From Felis catus (lineage: Eukaryota), in contig NC_058368.1 in assembly GCF_018350175.1 (NCBI RefSeq), forward strand, positions 235,106,001 through 235,170,000: 64,000 bases of DNA, given 5' to 3'. Under the pieces are notes generated by a model. That model did not search any database and had not been told where the DNA came from. It saw nothing but the letters and a program-made list of their open reading frames with translations. Shown here piece after piece: positions 24,869 to 36,677 of the stretch (position 1 is the stretch's first letter; every line of letters starts with the position of its first letter). Both the position numbers and the translations under genes were made by a program.

Positions 24869-25049
24869 TGTGTGGAGCATCTGGAAGTCTGCTAGCATAG
24901 AAGGTGGCCACAGATCCACCTGTCATGAGGGAGAGAGGAACTGTCCAGGACGGCGGCTTTGCACCTTTCATTGGCCGCAAGTCTCACGTGAGGAATACGT
25001 GTCCCGTTTCAATCTAGGGCACGCTCACACACACACAGCACCACAACAC

Positions 25050-25422
25050 GTTTTCACGCAACAGGGAACCGCTCCTATGTTGAAGCACTATCCCCAGTTC
25101 CTGAGGATCTGGATGCGTTTCTAGACAGGCCATTTGGAGAGGTGGTACGGTGAGGTTGTTAGGGTAGGGCACTGACCCAATAGGACTGGTGTCCTTCCAG
25201 GAAAAGGAAGACACACCAGGGACACACATGCACAGAGAAAGGCCATGTGTGGACACAGGGAGAAGAAGGCCATCTGCAAGCCAAGGACAGAGGCCTCAGA
25301 AGGAACCAACCCTGCCAGACCGTGATCTGGGGCCTCGAGCCTCCAGAACCGGGAGAAACAAATGTGTGCTGTGTGAGTCCCCCGGCTGTGGAACTTCGTA
25401 ATGGCACCCTGAGCCAACGGGG
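25050..25422 (+). mobile_element. MLT1B-like MaLR LTR
   Basis: ccaataggactggtgtcctt...ggccatgtgtggacacagggagaagaaggccatctgcaagccaagg...gaggcctcagaaggaaccaaccctgcc. Confidence 0.9.
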
Positions 25423-25588
25423 ACAAGGACCTTTAGTTCAAGATGGCCACCTGAACACAGCTGTTCATCTTCACCCCTCCCATCGCCCTCCTAGACGACA
25501 ATAAAGGAGTTAAAATGCATAAACCACAAGAAACAAGAGCTGAGAAGCGGAGGGCTGAACGAATCTGCCTCAGGAACCGGAACAGGTG

Positions 25589-26030
25589 AGTCCCCAGCCC
25601 TAAGCGAGCACCACAAGTCACTCTTAGTCCCCAGCCCTAAGCGAGCACCACGAGTCACTCTTAGTCCCCAGCCCTAAGCGAGCACCACGAGTCACTCTTA
25701 GTCCCCAGCCCTAAGCGAGCACCACGAGTCACTCTTAGTCCCCAGCCCTAAGCGAGCACCACGAGTCACTCTTAGTCCCCAGCCCTAAGCGAGCACCACG
25801 AGTCACTCTTAGTCCCCAGCCCTAAGCGAGCACCACGAGTCACTCTTAGTCCCCAGCCCTAAGCGAGCACCACGAGTCACTCTTAGTCCCCAGCCCTAAG
25901 CGAGCACCACGAGTCACTCTTAGTCCCCAGCCCTAAGCGAGCACCACGAGTCACTCTTAGTCCCCAGCCCTAAGCGAGCACCACGAGTCACTCTTAGTCC
26001 CCAGCCCTAAGCGAGCACCACGAGTCACTC
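25589..26030. repeat. 37-bp minisatellite, 12 copies (AGTCCCCAGCCCTAAGCGAGCACCACGAGTCACTCTT)
   Basis: 442 bp of head-to-tail copies. Copy 1 has one substitution (ccacaag) and the last copy lacks the final TT. Confidence 0.98.
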
Positions 26031-26449
26031 CGTGCCACAGTGGTCAAAACCGCGTAATTAGTATTCTCAGAAAGAAAGGACGACGTGGCATCAGTTAACA
26101 CAAGTAGCAACATACTATCCCCTAGCGTGACGGTAAGATCATTCATGAACTACACCTTAGCTGTGGATGGAGGTTCAGACTGTTTTCCAGGGTTTTTTTG
26201 ATACTCAAAAAATGTAATGGTTCTTTAAAAATGGGGTTGCTGGGGCCAGGGTATGTGTTTGTAACATTTTTCAGGGGTACATATCAAAACGCTGTAGAAA
26301 TTCTCATCTCCACCAGAAACGACTGCTGGGTTTGTCTCTCTAAATCGTCATCCAGACTCATGTAGAGAAGCAAGGACCAGTTTTGAGGTGGCATCATCAG
26401 TGGAGAGCATCACCCTGAAAGGGAACTGCAGAAGAGTTCTGCTTGCTTG

Positions 26450-26600
26450 CTTTCTTTCTTTTTCTTTCTCTCTTTTTCTTTTTCTTTATTTCCTTCCTTC
26501 TTTTTCTTTTCTTTCTTTCCCTCCCTCCCCCTTCCTTCCTTCTTCCCTTCCTTCCTTCCTTCCTTCCTTCCTTCCTTCCTTCCTTCCTTCCTTCCTTCTT
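26450..26600. repeat. (TTTC/TTCC)n polypyrimidine simple repeat
   Basis: Directly visible. Confidence 0.95.
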
Positions 26601-26694
26601 TTGAGGAGAATATTTAAAGAAGAGTGCTACTTCTAGGAACATGCACAGGAGGTGATATTTTACAACTAAAGGTAAAAACTGGTAGAATTACTTC

Positions 26695-27127
26695 ACTTTT
26701 GTAATTGAAACATAGTCGAGGTACAATGTTATATTAGTTTCAGGTAAACAATGTAGTGATGCTACAATTTTACACATCACTCAGTGCTCATGCACCCTCT
26801 GTCCCGATGCACCTTTATTACAATATTATTGACTGTATTCCCCATGTTGTACTTTTCACCCCCCACCCCCACCCCCGTGACTTACTTATTCTAGAACTGG
26901 AAGTTTGTATCTTTTAATGTCCTTCACCCATTTTGTCCATCCCACTACCTCCTCCTCTCTGGCAACCACCAGCTTGTTCTTTGGATTTGTAAGTCTTTGT
27001 GTGTGTGTTTGTTTCTTTGTTTTGTTTTGTTTTTCGATTCCACATATAAGGGAAATCACGCAGTGTTTGCCTTTCTCTGTCTGACTTATTTCATTTAGCT
27101 CAATACCTTCTAGGTCCATCCATATTA
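26695..27127 (-). mobile_element. L1 3' end (L1_Carn/L1MA9-like)
   Basis: atattagtttcagg...attgactgtattccccatg...ctctggcaaccacc...gattccacatataag...ctgacttatttcatttagc. Antisense translation WMDLEGIELNEISQTEK. Confidence 0.9.
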
Positions 27128-27371
27128 CGGGACCTCCATAGGCACATATTAGCACAAGTTAGAACACTCGACCTTGGTTTCGATAAGCAAGCCTTTCCCA
27201 CTCAATGCACCTGCCCAGGAAATGCTATATATAGATAGAGAACAAAGCAGAGTGGGTCATGTGTTATGCAAACAACGAGGACCACTCCCTCACCTAAGGT
27301 ACTTTCTTATGATTTGTTACCTGGATGTGCTGTGACTCTTCATGGTTGAGATACACCCATGAATGCCTAGG

Positions 27372-27414
<43 letters not shown>
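27372..27414. repeat. (GT)n microsatellite
   Basis: Directly visible. Confidence 0.95.
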
Positions 27415-27416
<2 letters not shown>

Positions 27417-30029
27417 GCTCTAGAAAGGCTATTCTGCAGGGATGTATCTTCACTTTGGGAGCCGTAACAGAAGACTGTTATTTATCTTGAAACAAAACAA
27501 AGACGATTTTCGGAAGGGAACACTCAAAGCTACCACGTCAGTTGCCAATACGACCAGGCAGGTGCTTCGGACGGCTTGTGGACTCAGACTCATCTTTACA
27601 GCCCAAGGCCCTGGCTCTTGCTGACAGGCTCACGAGGGTTTGGAACCCCAGGCAGAGAGGGTATGGGAAGGCTTATCTCGCCGGATTCACTCAGGCATGC
27701 GTCTGGCGCTGGTCCAGAGTCTATCAAATCTCAAGCTTCCAGAAGCTCGGTCTCAGCGTGTGTCAATCTGATGTTTATTAAACGAGGATCCACAAATTCA
27801 GATTTGCTGTGGGTACATTTCACTCACAAATTCTCTTCTCCAAATGACGCCGTTTGCTTCTAAATGAATTTGTGGAAGGGGTGGGGTGTAGGGTTGACCT
27901 AAAAGCTATGTAGGTACCATAGCTCTCAGAGTTTATGCCTTTAGTTCTTTAATTCAAATGCGCCAGAGGACTGTGTGCTGTTCCTTCAGTGCGCACTACG
28001 GGTGACTGACCCTGGGCATGCCACCGCCACGGGCACCGCCACCAGCTGAGCCCCCGAGATCGAGCGGACCTCAGGCTGTCACCTGTGCTCCCTTCAAACC
28101 TGTACCTTCTTTCTTCTAGTCTGTGTTTGGCTTCCCATCAACACATCCCTTCTTTCTGGAATCTTCCCTGTCTTTCTATGTAGATGAACTAAGTTTTAAC
28201 GTATCGAATTCGGTAAACTGGGACTTGCTATGCTCCATTACTAATTTGAAAACCAGACAAGGAGGATTCCTCTATCTCTCACTTAAGCAGCAAACGGAAC
28301 TAAGTTACTTTTTTACGTCTGTCATGAAGCAGTTGTGTGGGTGGGTGATGACCTTCAACCAAAGGAAGCTTCCTCACTCTTACAGAATGTCTACTTCTTG
28401 GATTAAATACTTTTCAATCATGCAAGAGGCTCCAGTTACATTTGATGCATCTCTTTGCCCTGAGAACTGGGCAGCCTCACCCGTGTTTCCGTGGCCTCCA
28501 TCAGGGCATTTTCCGGCCCGTGGAAGACAGTTGTTTATTATGGGGTGAACCACATGCAAACGTTGTTGTGATTTTTATTTGAGTTAGGCGACAAAGCCCT
28601 ATTTTAAAATTCACTTTCGCCGTGAACTAGAGTTAGAAGCAGAAAGAAAAAAAAAAAGCATTCAACGCTTCAAATAATTCTTCTTTTCTGTTGCATAACT
28701 AGTTGAGGGCTGTCCGCGTTCACTGCCGTTCAAGGCTTAAGATGAAAGCTTCCCCTGAAAAAGCAGTTATTGCCTTATGTTGTGAAATACAAATCTACCA
28801 GATACCAATTCTATTTCCAATGCACTTTCTCATAGGAGACGAGAGTAAATGCGAGAAATCAAAACACAGATTTTCCCCATTTCTCTCAAAATGATGGATG
28901 CTATCAGCACATACACACGCAAGAAAGGAAACTCGTTCTAATGGCCATTTCTTGATATTTTCACAGAGCGCCGAAAAAAACCACTGTGTTAGAGCTGATA
29001 AAAATCAGTTTCCCCTGAAGTCTTTTGTTTTAACTTCTTTCTTTTTTTTTTTCTGGCAGAAATGGCCGTGAGCCACGGGATCGTGGGGCTCACTGAGCCG
29101 CGGGCAAGGGCCTGACTGTGCAGGAACCAGCGTCTTCCACGCCTCCCCCCTGATTAGTAAATTGCACGCACCTCAAGGAGGACAAAACACTGTCGATGCA
29201 AAACGTTCAAGAGCGAAAGAGAATCTAAGAGCGATTTAATTTGGGGAAACAGAACATAATGAGGCTCAAACAACCTAATTTATCCCTAAAGCAGATAAAG
29301 TAATTTTGAGGTTTGTCTTCCACAGTCAGCCAAGCGTTGGAGTGGTTGTTTTATGATTTTCAATGTGAAAGCCATGTGATCTGATTATGCGTTCCAGAAG
29401 CCCGGCAGCCAGGCAAAAACTTGGTTCCGATCCAGGGCAGAGCTAAATTTGCTGAGAGCTGTCTGAGATCTCCCATTTGCCAGACTCAAAACAATCTTTC
29501 AAAGATGAAGCTTCAGAAACACCCGTTGGTCTGAGTGGCCTGCATTTGAGCAGTCTGCAACACGGAGGACTGTGTGGTGCCTGCGTCCTGCTCCCCACCG
29601 GGTGGGGAGGCCCGGCTCTGCCCACCTGCCCACGGCCACTGGGCCTCTGCCACCCTGTGATCAGAATCAGGTTGGAGCGATTATCAGCAGTTTTCGGGCC
29701 GGAAGAGATGTCTGCCTCAGGGCATCACTGGTGCTGTTTGCAGACTCCAGCTGCCTGGGGGCCTGCTTAAGCTCTGCAAACAGCCTCAGAAGTGGGCTTG
29801 GGAGCTTCCTCAGCGGCTGCTGGCTGTCAGTTAGTTCCCTCTCAGGAACTGCTGCAAGGACAGAAGCGGGCAAATAAGAGACAAATGGTTCCCTTTCATT
29901 ACCCAGGCTCTCTGATCAAATGCCAGGTCTACATATTCAGGGCAAGCCGCTCTATTTTTAAATGGAGACATTTCTAGAAGAGTTATTACTTCTCCAAGAC
30001 ATTCGGAGATTTACTTGCGTGTGTGTGTT

Positions 30030-30480
30030 TTCGATTAGCATTGTCATAAGTGCACAGAAATACTGCGGTACCACGGAGAGTGGTAAATCGTCCCCCAAAT
30101 AGCCACTATCTGGTAGAGAAATAGAATCCAGATGTGCCCTCCCAATGGCCACCTGCCCTCCTTCCGAAGGATCGCCATTGTCCTTTCATCGCCACGGATT
30201 AACTCTGCCGGTTTTGAAACTTGGTATAATTGGAATCATGTAATGTGTAGGCTCTGCTCAGCATTACATTTGTGAAGTTCATCCATGTTGCATGTAACAC
30301 CTTATTAATTTCCATTGCTTCGTACTCTTCCTTTGTGTAAACAGAACGGTTTCTTGTGTTTTTTTCCGGTTTGGGGCTATCCCAGATAATGCTGCCATGA
30401 ACGTGACATACAGGTACGTGGGCACACTGCTGGGCGTTGTTACTTATCTGATGCCATGTGCCAAATCTTTCCCAAAATGA
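30030..30480 (-). mobile_element. Old L1ME 3' fragment
   Basis: ttttgaaacttggtataattggaatcat...gttcatccatgttgcatgta...tttggggctat...ataatgctgccatgaac. Confidence 0.7.
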
Positions 30481-30499
30481 GTGTGCTGGACAAAGTCCC

Positions 30500-30730
30500 T
30501 TGGTATTGCTCCGTGATTCCGATGGGTCGGGAGCTTTGGGAGGGCAGTTGTTACCTGTGGTCTGTCCTGTGCTTGGGGTCAGATGTCAGTCGGGACTGCA
30601 GATGTCTGAGTCACGACTCCCATGGCCTGTGAATGGGCTGTCCCTGGGAGAACTGGTGCCTCTCTCCCTGGGTGTCTCCATGAAGCTGCTGGAGTAGGCT
30701 CCCACGTGGTTTCCCCAGAGTGAGCCAGGA
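30500..30730 (-). mobile_element. Old MLT1 (F/G/H-like) LTR fragment
   Basis: gattccgatgggtcgggagctttgg...gtcagatgtcagtcgggactgcag...gtctccatgaagctgctggag...ttccccagagtgagc. Confidence 0.55.
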
Positions 30731-30795
30731 CAGCAAGGGTTCCCTGGGTCTCTTTCTGGTTTCTCTTGTGCCTCTTGGTCCTTACTCACCCAAGT

Positions 30796-30809
30796 CTGCC
30801 CCCTGCTGG
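30796..30809 (-). promoter_or_regulatory. Candidate CTCF core motif
   Basis: Minus strand reads CCAGCAGGGGGCAG, a close match to the CTCF core consensus. Confidence 0.45.
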
Positions 30810-30899
30810 GCCTGATGACGGCTTGCTGAGGGCCAGACACCGAGTAGGGACATCTGCGGAAATACCTGAGTCTCTTGTGTGCTCACGTTCCTCTAACGA

Positions 30900-31500
30900 A
30901 GACGAGCTTCTCGTGACCTGGAAGGCGTTCAGGTGATGAGCAGGTCACTTCCATCTGAATTGGATTACGCTGAAAGACACCGGGTCCTTGTTTTCTGGTT
31001 CTGGGGTCCTTTCTGAGATTTGACAAGTTTACAAGGACACCTCTTTTGAAGGCCTTGAATGCCAAGTCCTGCCCCTCTCCATGTCTCTCTGCCTGAAGCT
31101 GCCTCCAGATCAGCAAATGTCTGAAGGACGCCGAAGGTCATGCTCACCTGACTGAGTTCCCTCTCCTCGACGATTTGGCCTCTCGACTCTGTGATTCCTT
31201 AGTCACTCTAAACTCCACATTTTGGACCAGCGGCCAACCTTGGCTCAGGCTCCCAAACACTCGTTTGCTGCTTTTTTGCTCAAATATTTATCTCTGGGCC
31301 CTGCAATGCTTATGAGTTAACAAACGTCTTAAAGAGTAAAGTATCACATAATCCTGGACTCCTCTCAGGGATTTCCTCTGGGACACTCTTGTAATTTCTA
31401 GCTGCACAAGTAGTTCTCTGAGGGTTATTTCTCAGGATTTTCTAGTTGTTTCCAGTAGTGGGTGGATCTAAGAGTTTCTTATGCCATCATCAGAAGCAGA
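30900..31500 (-). mobile_element. Possible ancient L1M 5'-region fragment
   Basis: Blocks cagatcagcaaatgtctgaagg and ggattttctagttgtttccagtag resemble L1ME 5' ends in antisense. Confidence 0.35.
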
Positions 31501-31569
31501 GCCTATCCAGGTTCTAAGCCATGCATTTGGGATGCTGGAGCAACCAAAGAGAAGAAGAATCATAAGTGT

Positions 31570-32288
31570 TGTGGTAGGTGAAATAATGCTGCCCCCAAAG
31601 GTGTCCCCACCCTAATCCCAAGAGCCTGTTACATTACATGACAAAGAGGAATTAAGGCAATGGATGGAATTAAGGTTGATAATCAGTTGACCTAAATTTT
31701 TTTTTCAACGTTTTTTATTTATTTTTGGGACAGAGAGAGACAGAGCATGAATGGGGGAGGGGCACAGAGAGAGAGGGGGACACAGAATCGGAAACAGGCT
31801 CCAGGCTCCGAGCCATCAGCCCAGAGCCTGACGCAGGGCTCGAACTCACGGACCGCGAGATCGTGACCTGGCTGAAGTCGGACGCTCAACCGACTGCGCC
31901 ACCCAGGCGCCCCGATAATCAGTTGATCTAAAGACAGCAAGATTAACCTGAATTATCCACTGGATTCAATACAATCAACAGGGTCCCTATAAGTAGGAGA
32001 AGGAGACAGAAGAGAAGTCAAAGTGACAGAGACACCTGAAGATGCTCAGTCTGGCTTTCCAGATGGAGAAGAGGGCCATGGGCCAAGGGATGCAGGTGGT
32101 TTCTAGAAGCCAGAAGAGGCAAAGGGGCGGGTTTTCCCTGTGGCCTCCAGAAGGAACACTGTCTTGCCACCATCTTGGTTTTAGCCTAGTGAATTTCTGA
32201 TGTCCTGAACTGTAAGGTAATAAATTTATGTTGTTCTCAACCACAGTTTTGTGGTAATGGGTTACAGCAGCAATAGGAAACTAATGTA
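31570..32288 (+). mobile_element. MLT1D MaLR LTR, interrupted by a SINE
   Basis: tgtggtaggtgaaataatg...cctaatccca...aattaaggttg...gcctccagaaggaacac...cagcagcaataggaaactaat. Confidence 0.92.
31697..31913 (-). mobile_element. Young SINEC_Fc element
   Basis: Same young subfamily as the 2344 copy. TSD gataatcagttga(c/t)ctaaa (31678-31696 and 31914-31932). Confidence 0.97.
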
Positions 32289-32324
32289 AGTGTGCCCCAT
32301 CATATATTATTAAATGTAGCTTTT

Positions 32325-32518
32325 GGGGCGCTTGTGTGGCTCAGTCGGTTAAGCGTCCAACTTCAGCTCAGGTCATGATCTCGCAGTTCGTGATCATGCT
32401 GACGGCTCAGAGCCTGGAGCCTGCTTCGGATTCTGTGTCTCCCTTTCTCTCTGCCCCTCCCCCACTCACACTCTCTTTCTCAAAAATAAATAAATACTAA
32501 ATCTTTTTTTTTTTTAAT
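32325..32518 (+). mobile_element. SINEC_Fc element with internal B-box deletion
   Basis: Head and tail present, gttcgagccc segment absent. TSD ttaaatgtagcttt. Confidence 0.92.
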
Positions 32519-34039
32519 TTAAATGTAGCTTTCTAAATTTCTCCAAGAAAACTGTGACTGAGCTCCAAATTACACAGCAAAGTACGTGTCAGGGCATCCC
32601 AGCTGGTCAATTAAAACCAGCGGCATATTTATGCAGTGCTGGGCGACACTATAAATACGACAGAATGAACAAAGAAATAAAGCTTTTCATAAAATTTCAC
32701 CGGTGTGTAACATCAGATGTCCAGATCACCTGGATGGAGGGCAGCGTAGGGAAGGTGTGTTCCCTGAGTTGGACATCGCCTCCTCGGGGTCACTCTTTTA
32801 CAGGTTCCGCTGGGAAACCACCCCCCTTGCCCCGTGCCTGGCATGCAAAGGCAGTGAACCCCAATTGCCCACACTTCCAAATCCCCTCTGCTCCGTAGAT
32901 CTCTAAAAGGCAGGCACTGGGTCTTATCTGTTGCAGTGTTTCGACCGTAGTAAGAACAACAGAATGGATAATTAATCGATATTGGTTGAAGCGAATTTAA
33001 TTAAGAGACGTGGAATGGATTCAGGAGCTGAAGACCTCACGGGGAAAACTGGCAGGGAAGCTTAGTAACGTTTTGTGTTCACCACAATCAATAACAAAGA
33101 CAGAAGCTAAATGAAACCAATGCTGGTTATAGTCCGCTTTGAAAGCATCAATACTCAGCAAGTTATATTTATTATGTTTACAATTCTCTTTTTTTTTTTT
33201 TTTTTACAAAGTGCTTTGCACACCCCATGCCACTTGCTGTGACCCTCTCCGAATGTCAGGGCCCACATCTGCCCACCGCCCCCCCCCCCCCACTCATCTC
33301 TTCCCATGGGCTGAAGTATAATCTGGAAATGCTGAAATGCAAATTTGGGGACGCTCTCGAAAATGTGGCGGGAGAAATTCACATAATGGCCATATGCATC
33401 TACTTGATATGTGTTCTAAGACTTATTTCCTACTGTAATTTTAGAGCAGTTCAGGAGGAAAAGGAGAAAACTGTAGCATTCATGATGACGTTATTTCCAA
33501 CGGAATGAAGCAAAGGAAGAGAGGGAGACATTAGAGCCTTAAGGCAAAGCGTCTGATGAGGAGTTGGGGACCAGGGATATTCAGTGACAACTGGGGATCA
33601 CCGGCAGAAAGTCAGAGATCAGAATCAAGTGAGAACACATGCAGGGTTTACTGGAATCAGGACAAGAGTTGGCCACAAAGTGGGTGAAGACAAGACCCAG
33701 AGACCACACAGGACCGCCCACCGCCTAGCGCGGCAGGGGAAGCTGGGGGGCTGCGTGGGACAGAGAAAGGCAGGAGAAGAGGGAGCAGCACCTACAATTC
33801 CAACCTGGGTTCCAAGAACACTGCCTGCTTTTCCTGTCTCCTGGGAGGAGGGATTAAAGTTGATCCTGATAAAGGGGAGGGAGCAGGTACCTGGGAACAC
33901 CTGGAGAAGTGACACGTTCCGGGGAAGGGACTGAAACTGCAGATCAGGCAGCAATGGGCAGCACAGGGGGTCTGGGGTGACCTTACAGAGAATGACCTGT
34001 GAACAGTCCCTGGGCTGCCCGCTGCCATTGAGGCGTCTG

Positions 34040-35100
34040 AACCACGCCACACTGTCTTTTTTTTAGGACAATAAAGATCTCAGTTGCACAAACAGAAAGA
34101 CATCTAAATGTATTTGAATGTAAGCAACAGAAAGTCATTTCGCTAAGACAGAAAGCAGGAAGCAAGTAACAAAGTTCTTCGGCCAGACTTAAAATAAAAT
34201 GAATGTTGTTCAGATATCTTTTTTCCCATTAAACATTTGGACATTAAGTTTCCATTAATTTAGCAGACAGATGTAAAAGAGTATGGTAAAATCCGACAGA
34301 TCTCAGGTCCCTAAAAATATCCCTGAATAAAACAAGCAGAAAGTCTCTGAAGCAGAAATCGGGGTCAGCAATATTTACGGGTTAGTGCTCACGAGCTTTT
34401 TAATAGGACCGCTTCTGGGCTGGCTTAGCATTCATTACTACGGTTCCATCAAAACAGGCCCAAATAATTGCATCCGGAGATAGACCCGAAACTATTTTGC
34501 TTTCTTAGACCCTATTCATTTTGAAATTAATGTGTAGTAAATGAAAGCAATTTGTATTAATGGATGCTCCGTCCGTAATTTATTTTTGTCAGCTCTTTTC
34601 TCAAATTAAATGTTCTTAGCAAATTTGCCTTCGTAGCATGAGCATTATAATAGGCAACTCCAAACTACAGTGATTGGAAAGCAGATCTATTTAATAGCCA
34701 ACGTTTGGTGGCCAAGTTTAGCTTGGTGTTCTTTGCGCAGCTGAAATTAGGGACATGAGCTGTACCCCTAATCTTCTCCCTTGTCCATTCCTGTTTTTCT
34801 AACTGTGAAAGGCAGCGAGGCAAGCAGGTCTGATTCTGGAGGGGACGGCCCCAACGAAGAGGGCTTTTTCTTCTCAATAGGCAACGTTAATTGACAATTG
34901 ACCCCTCTCCCGGCATGCTCTTGGTCACATGGACAAATTGTCTCCATGCGTGGAGCATACGCGGGGACTTTGTAATATCCGTGTTTCTTTCCCACTGTGG
35001 GAATCATACTGGTTTTCTGCACTTAATGACTGAGACAGAACCAGAATTTAGGTTTAATTTTGTACTTCATCTGAAGAGCATCTATTAAACAAACTTGTAG
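34040..35100. promoter_or_regulatory. Repeat-free, homeodomain-site-rich tract (candidate conserved enhancer)
   Basis: No recognisable repeat. Many TAAT/ATTA cores (ccattaattt, aaataattg, aattaatg, tattaatgg, gtaattt, gttaattgacaattg). Confidence 0.35.
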
Positions 35101-35408
35101 TGGAAATAATATTTCAAGCAAATACTCAAAAGTGTTTAGACGAACACTGTTTTTGAGCACCTTCAAGGGTCTAGAAGCATCTATTGAGTTGTAAATACTT
35201 GGATACTGACTGGAAGTCACTCTTGTTGCTTTATTAAGACGTTTCCTTATGAACCCCTTTTAAAAAAGATAAATTGTTCAAGGATGGCTCCGTTTAGTAT
35301 CTCCACATGTCAAAGTAACAAAATAATTTTCCTTGAGAATTTTCCATAATCCCATTTCTGGCCAGATAAAACTGGGGTCATCTAACAAATATGCATTCAA
35401 TCATTCCA

Positions 35409-35637
35409 GGGGCACCTGGGTGGCTCAGTGGGTTAAGCGTCCGACTTCGGCTCAGGTCATGATCTCACGGTTCATGAGTTCGAGCCCCGTGTCAGGCTCT
35501 GTGCTGACAGCTCGGGGCCTGGAGCCCGCTTCGGATCCTGTGTCTCCCTCTCTCTCTGCCCCTCTCCCTCCCCTGCTCATGCTCTGTCTCTCTCTCTTTC
35601 TCAAAAGTAAATATTAAAAAATTAAAATAAATAAATA
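35409..35637 (+). mobile_element. SINEC_Fc element, inserted in an L2-like tail
   Basis: Canonical body. TSD aatcattcca (35399-35408 and 35638-35647). Confidence 0.95.
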
Positions 35638-36545
35638 AATCATTCCATAAACGCGTGTTGAGGACGAGTGCCCGGCACTGGGGCAAAGGGTAAGGGACAT
35701 ATTTATTGCCTTTATCTTTATCGGACTGGTGGTAATTAAGTGTGAGCACGTAAAGGCTCCAGTGGGGATCCAGAGAGGCAAGTCCAAACTATGCCTGCTG
35801 TCTTAAGGAGTCCATAATCTATGAGGGACAAGAAAGCCACATGCACAAATAACTAGAATATGAGCTATACCTTATTTTTTGCAAATATATTTCTCTAATA
35901 GTACCTCCGAGGGCTTTCTGCGTATCAAGTCCTGAGATCCTCGCCCAGTCCAGGTGAGCTGGGTAATGTTAGTATCTTCATTGTTCAATATACAGTACCT
36001 GAGGCCAGAGAGTTCAGGAAATGTGAGAGCGGGGTCCAGTGCAGGTGCTGGCCAGCCTGTCTTCATGCAGCAAATGCAGATTGCAGAGGTGTTCAGACTC
36101 AGAACTCTCTTGGGACCTCTTCCTCTGTTAACACGAACTGGAGAGTCCCTGACTTCAGTTGGGCAAGTAAAGCCAATTTAAACTTTGCCAAGAAAATGCA
36201 CATGATTAAAATCCATCTAGATTTTAACTACTACTGCTACGAATTGCTACTTATGAGTTATTAACACTGGGACCTTTTAAAAATACACATTTATACATTT
36301 TAAAATTGAAAAGTAAAACCATTACAGGTTAACATGTATAATGTGTTTCTGTGAAGAATGCCTGTATTTTCCAAAATACCAAAAAAATCAGTCAGAAAAT
36401 GGAATCATTTCACATTTTTCCAAATTTCTTTATTGTCCAGCATCATGGAAGACAGCGGGGATTCTCATTTCTGCATTTAACTTGTTGCATTGCCACAAAT
36501 CATGCAGGCTCTAAATATTTCCACTGCATACTTTTAAGAGGTTTC

Positions 36546-36665
36546 TTTTTAAAGTTTTTATTTATTTATATGTTTTAGTAATCCCTACACCCAACGTGGG
36601 GCTTGAACTCACAACCCTGACATCAAGAGTCACATGCTCTTCCGAAGGAGCCAGCCAGGCACCCC
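36546..36665 (-). mobile_element. Short older Can-SINE
   Basis: tacacccaacgtggggcttgaactcacaaccctgacatcaagagtcacatgctc...gagccagccaggcacccc. Confidence 0.9.
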
Positions 36666-36677
36666 TAAAAGAATGAG

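Noticed and set aside
25589..26030. CRISPR-like array (37-bp repeats)
   Set aside because: The units are contiguous with no unique spacers, there are no cas genes, and the DNA is mammalian. It is a minisatellite.
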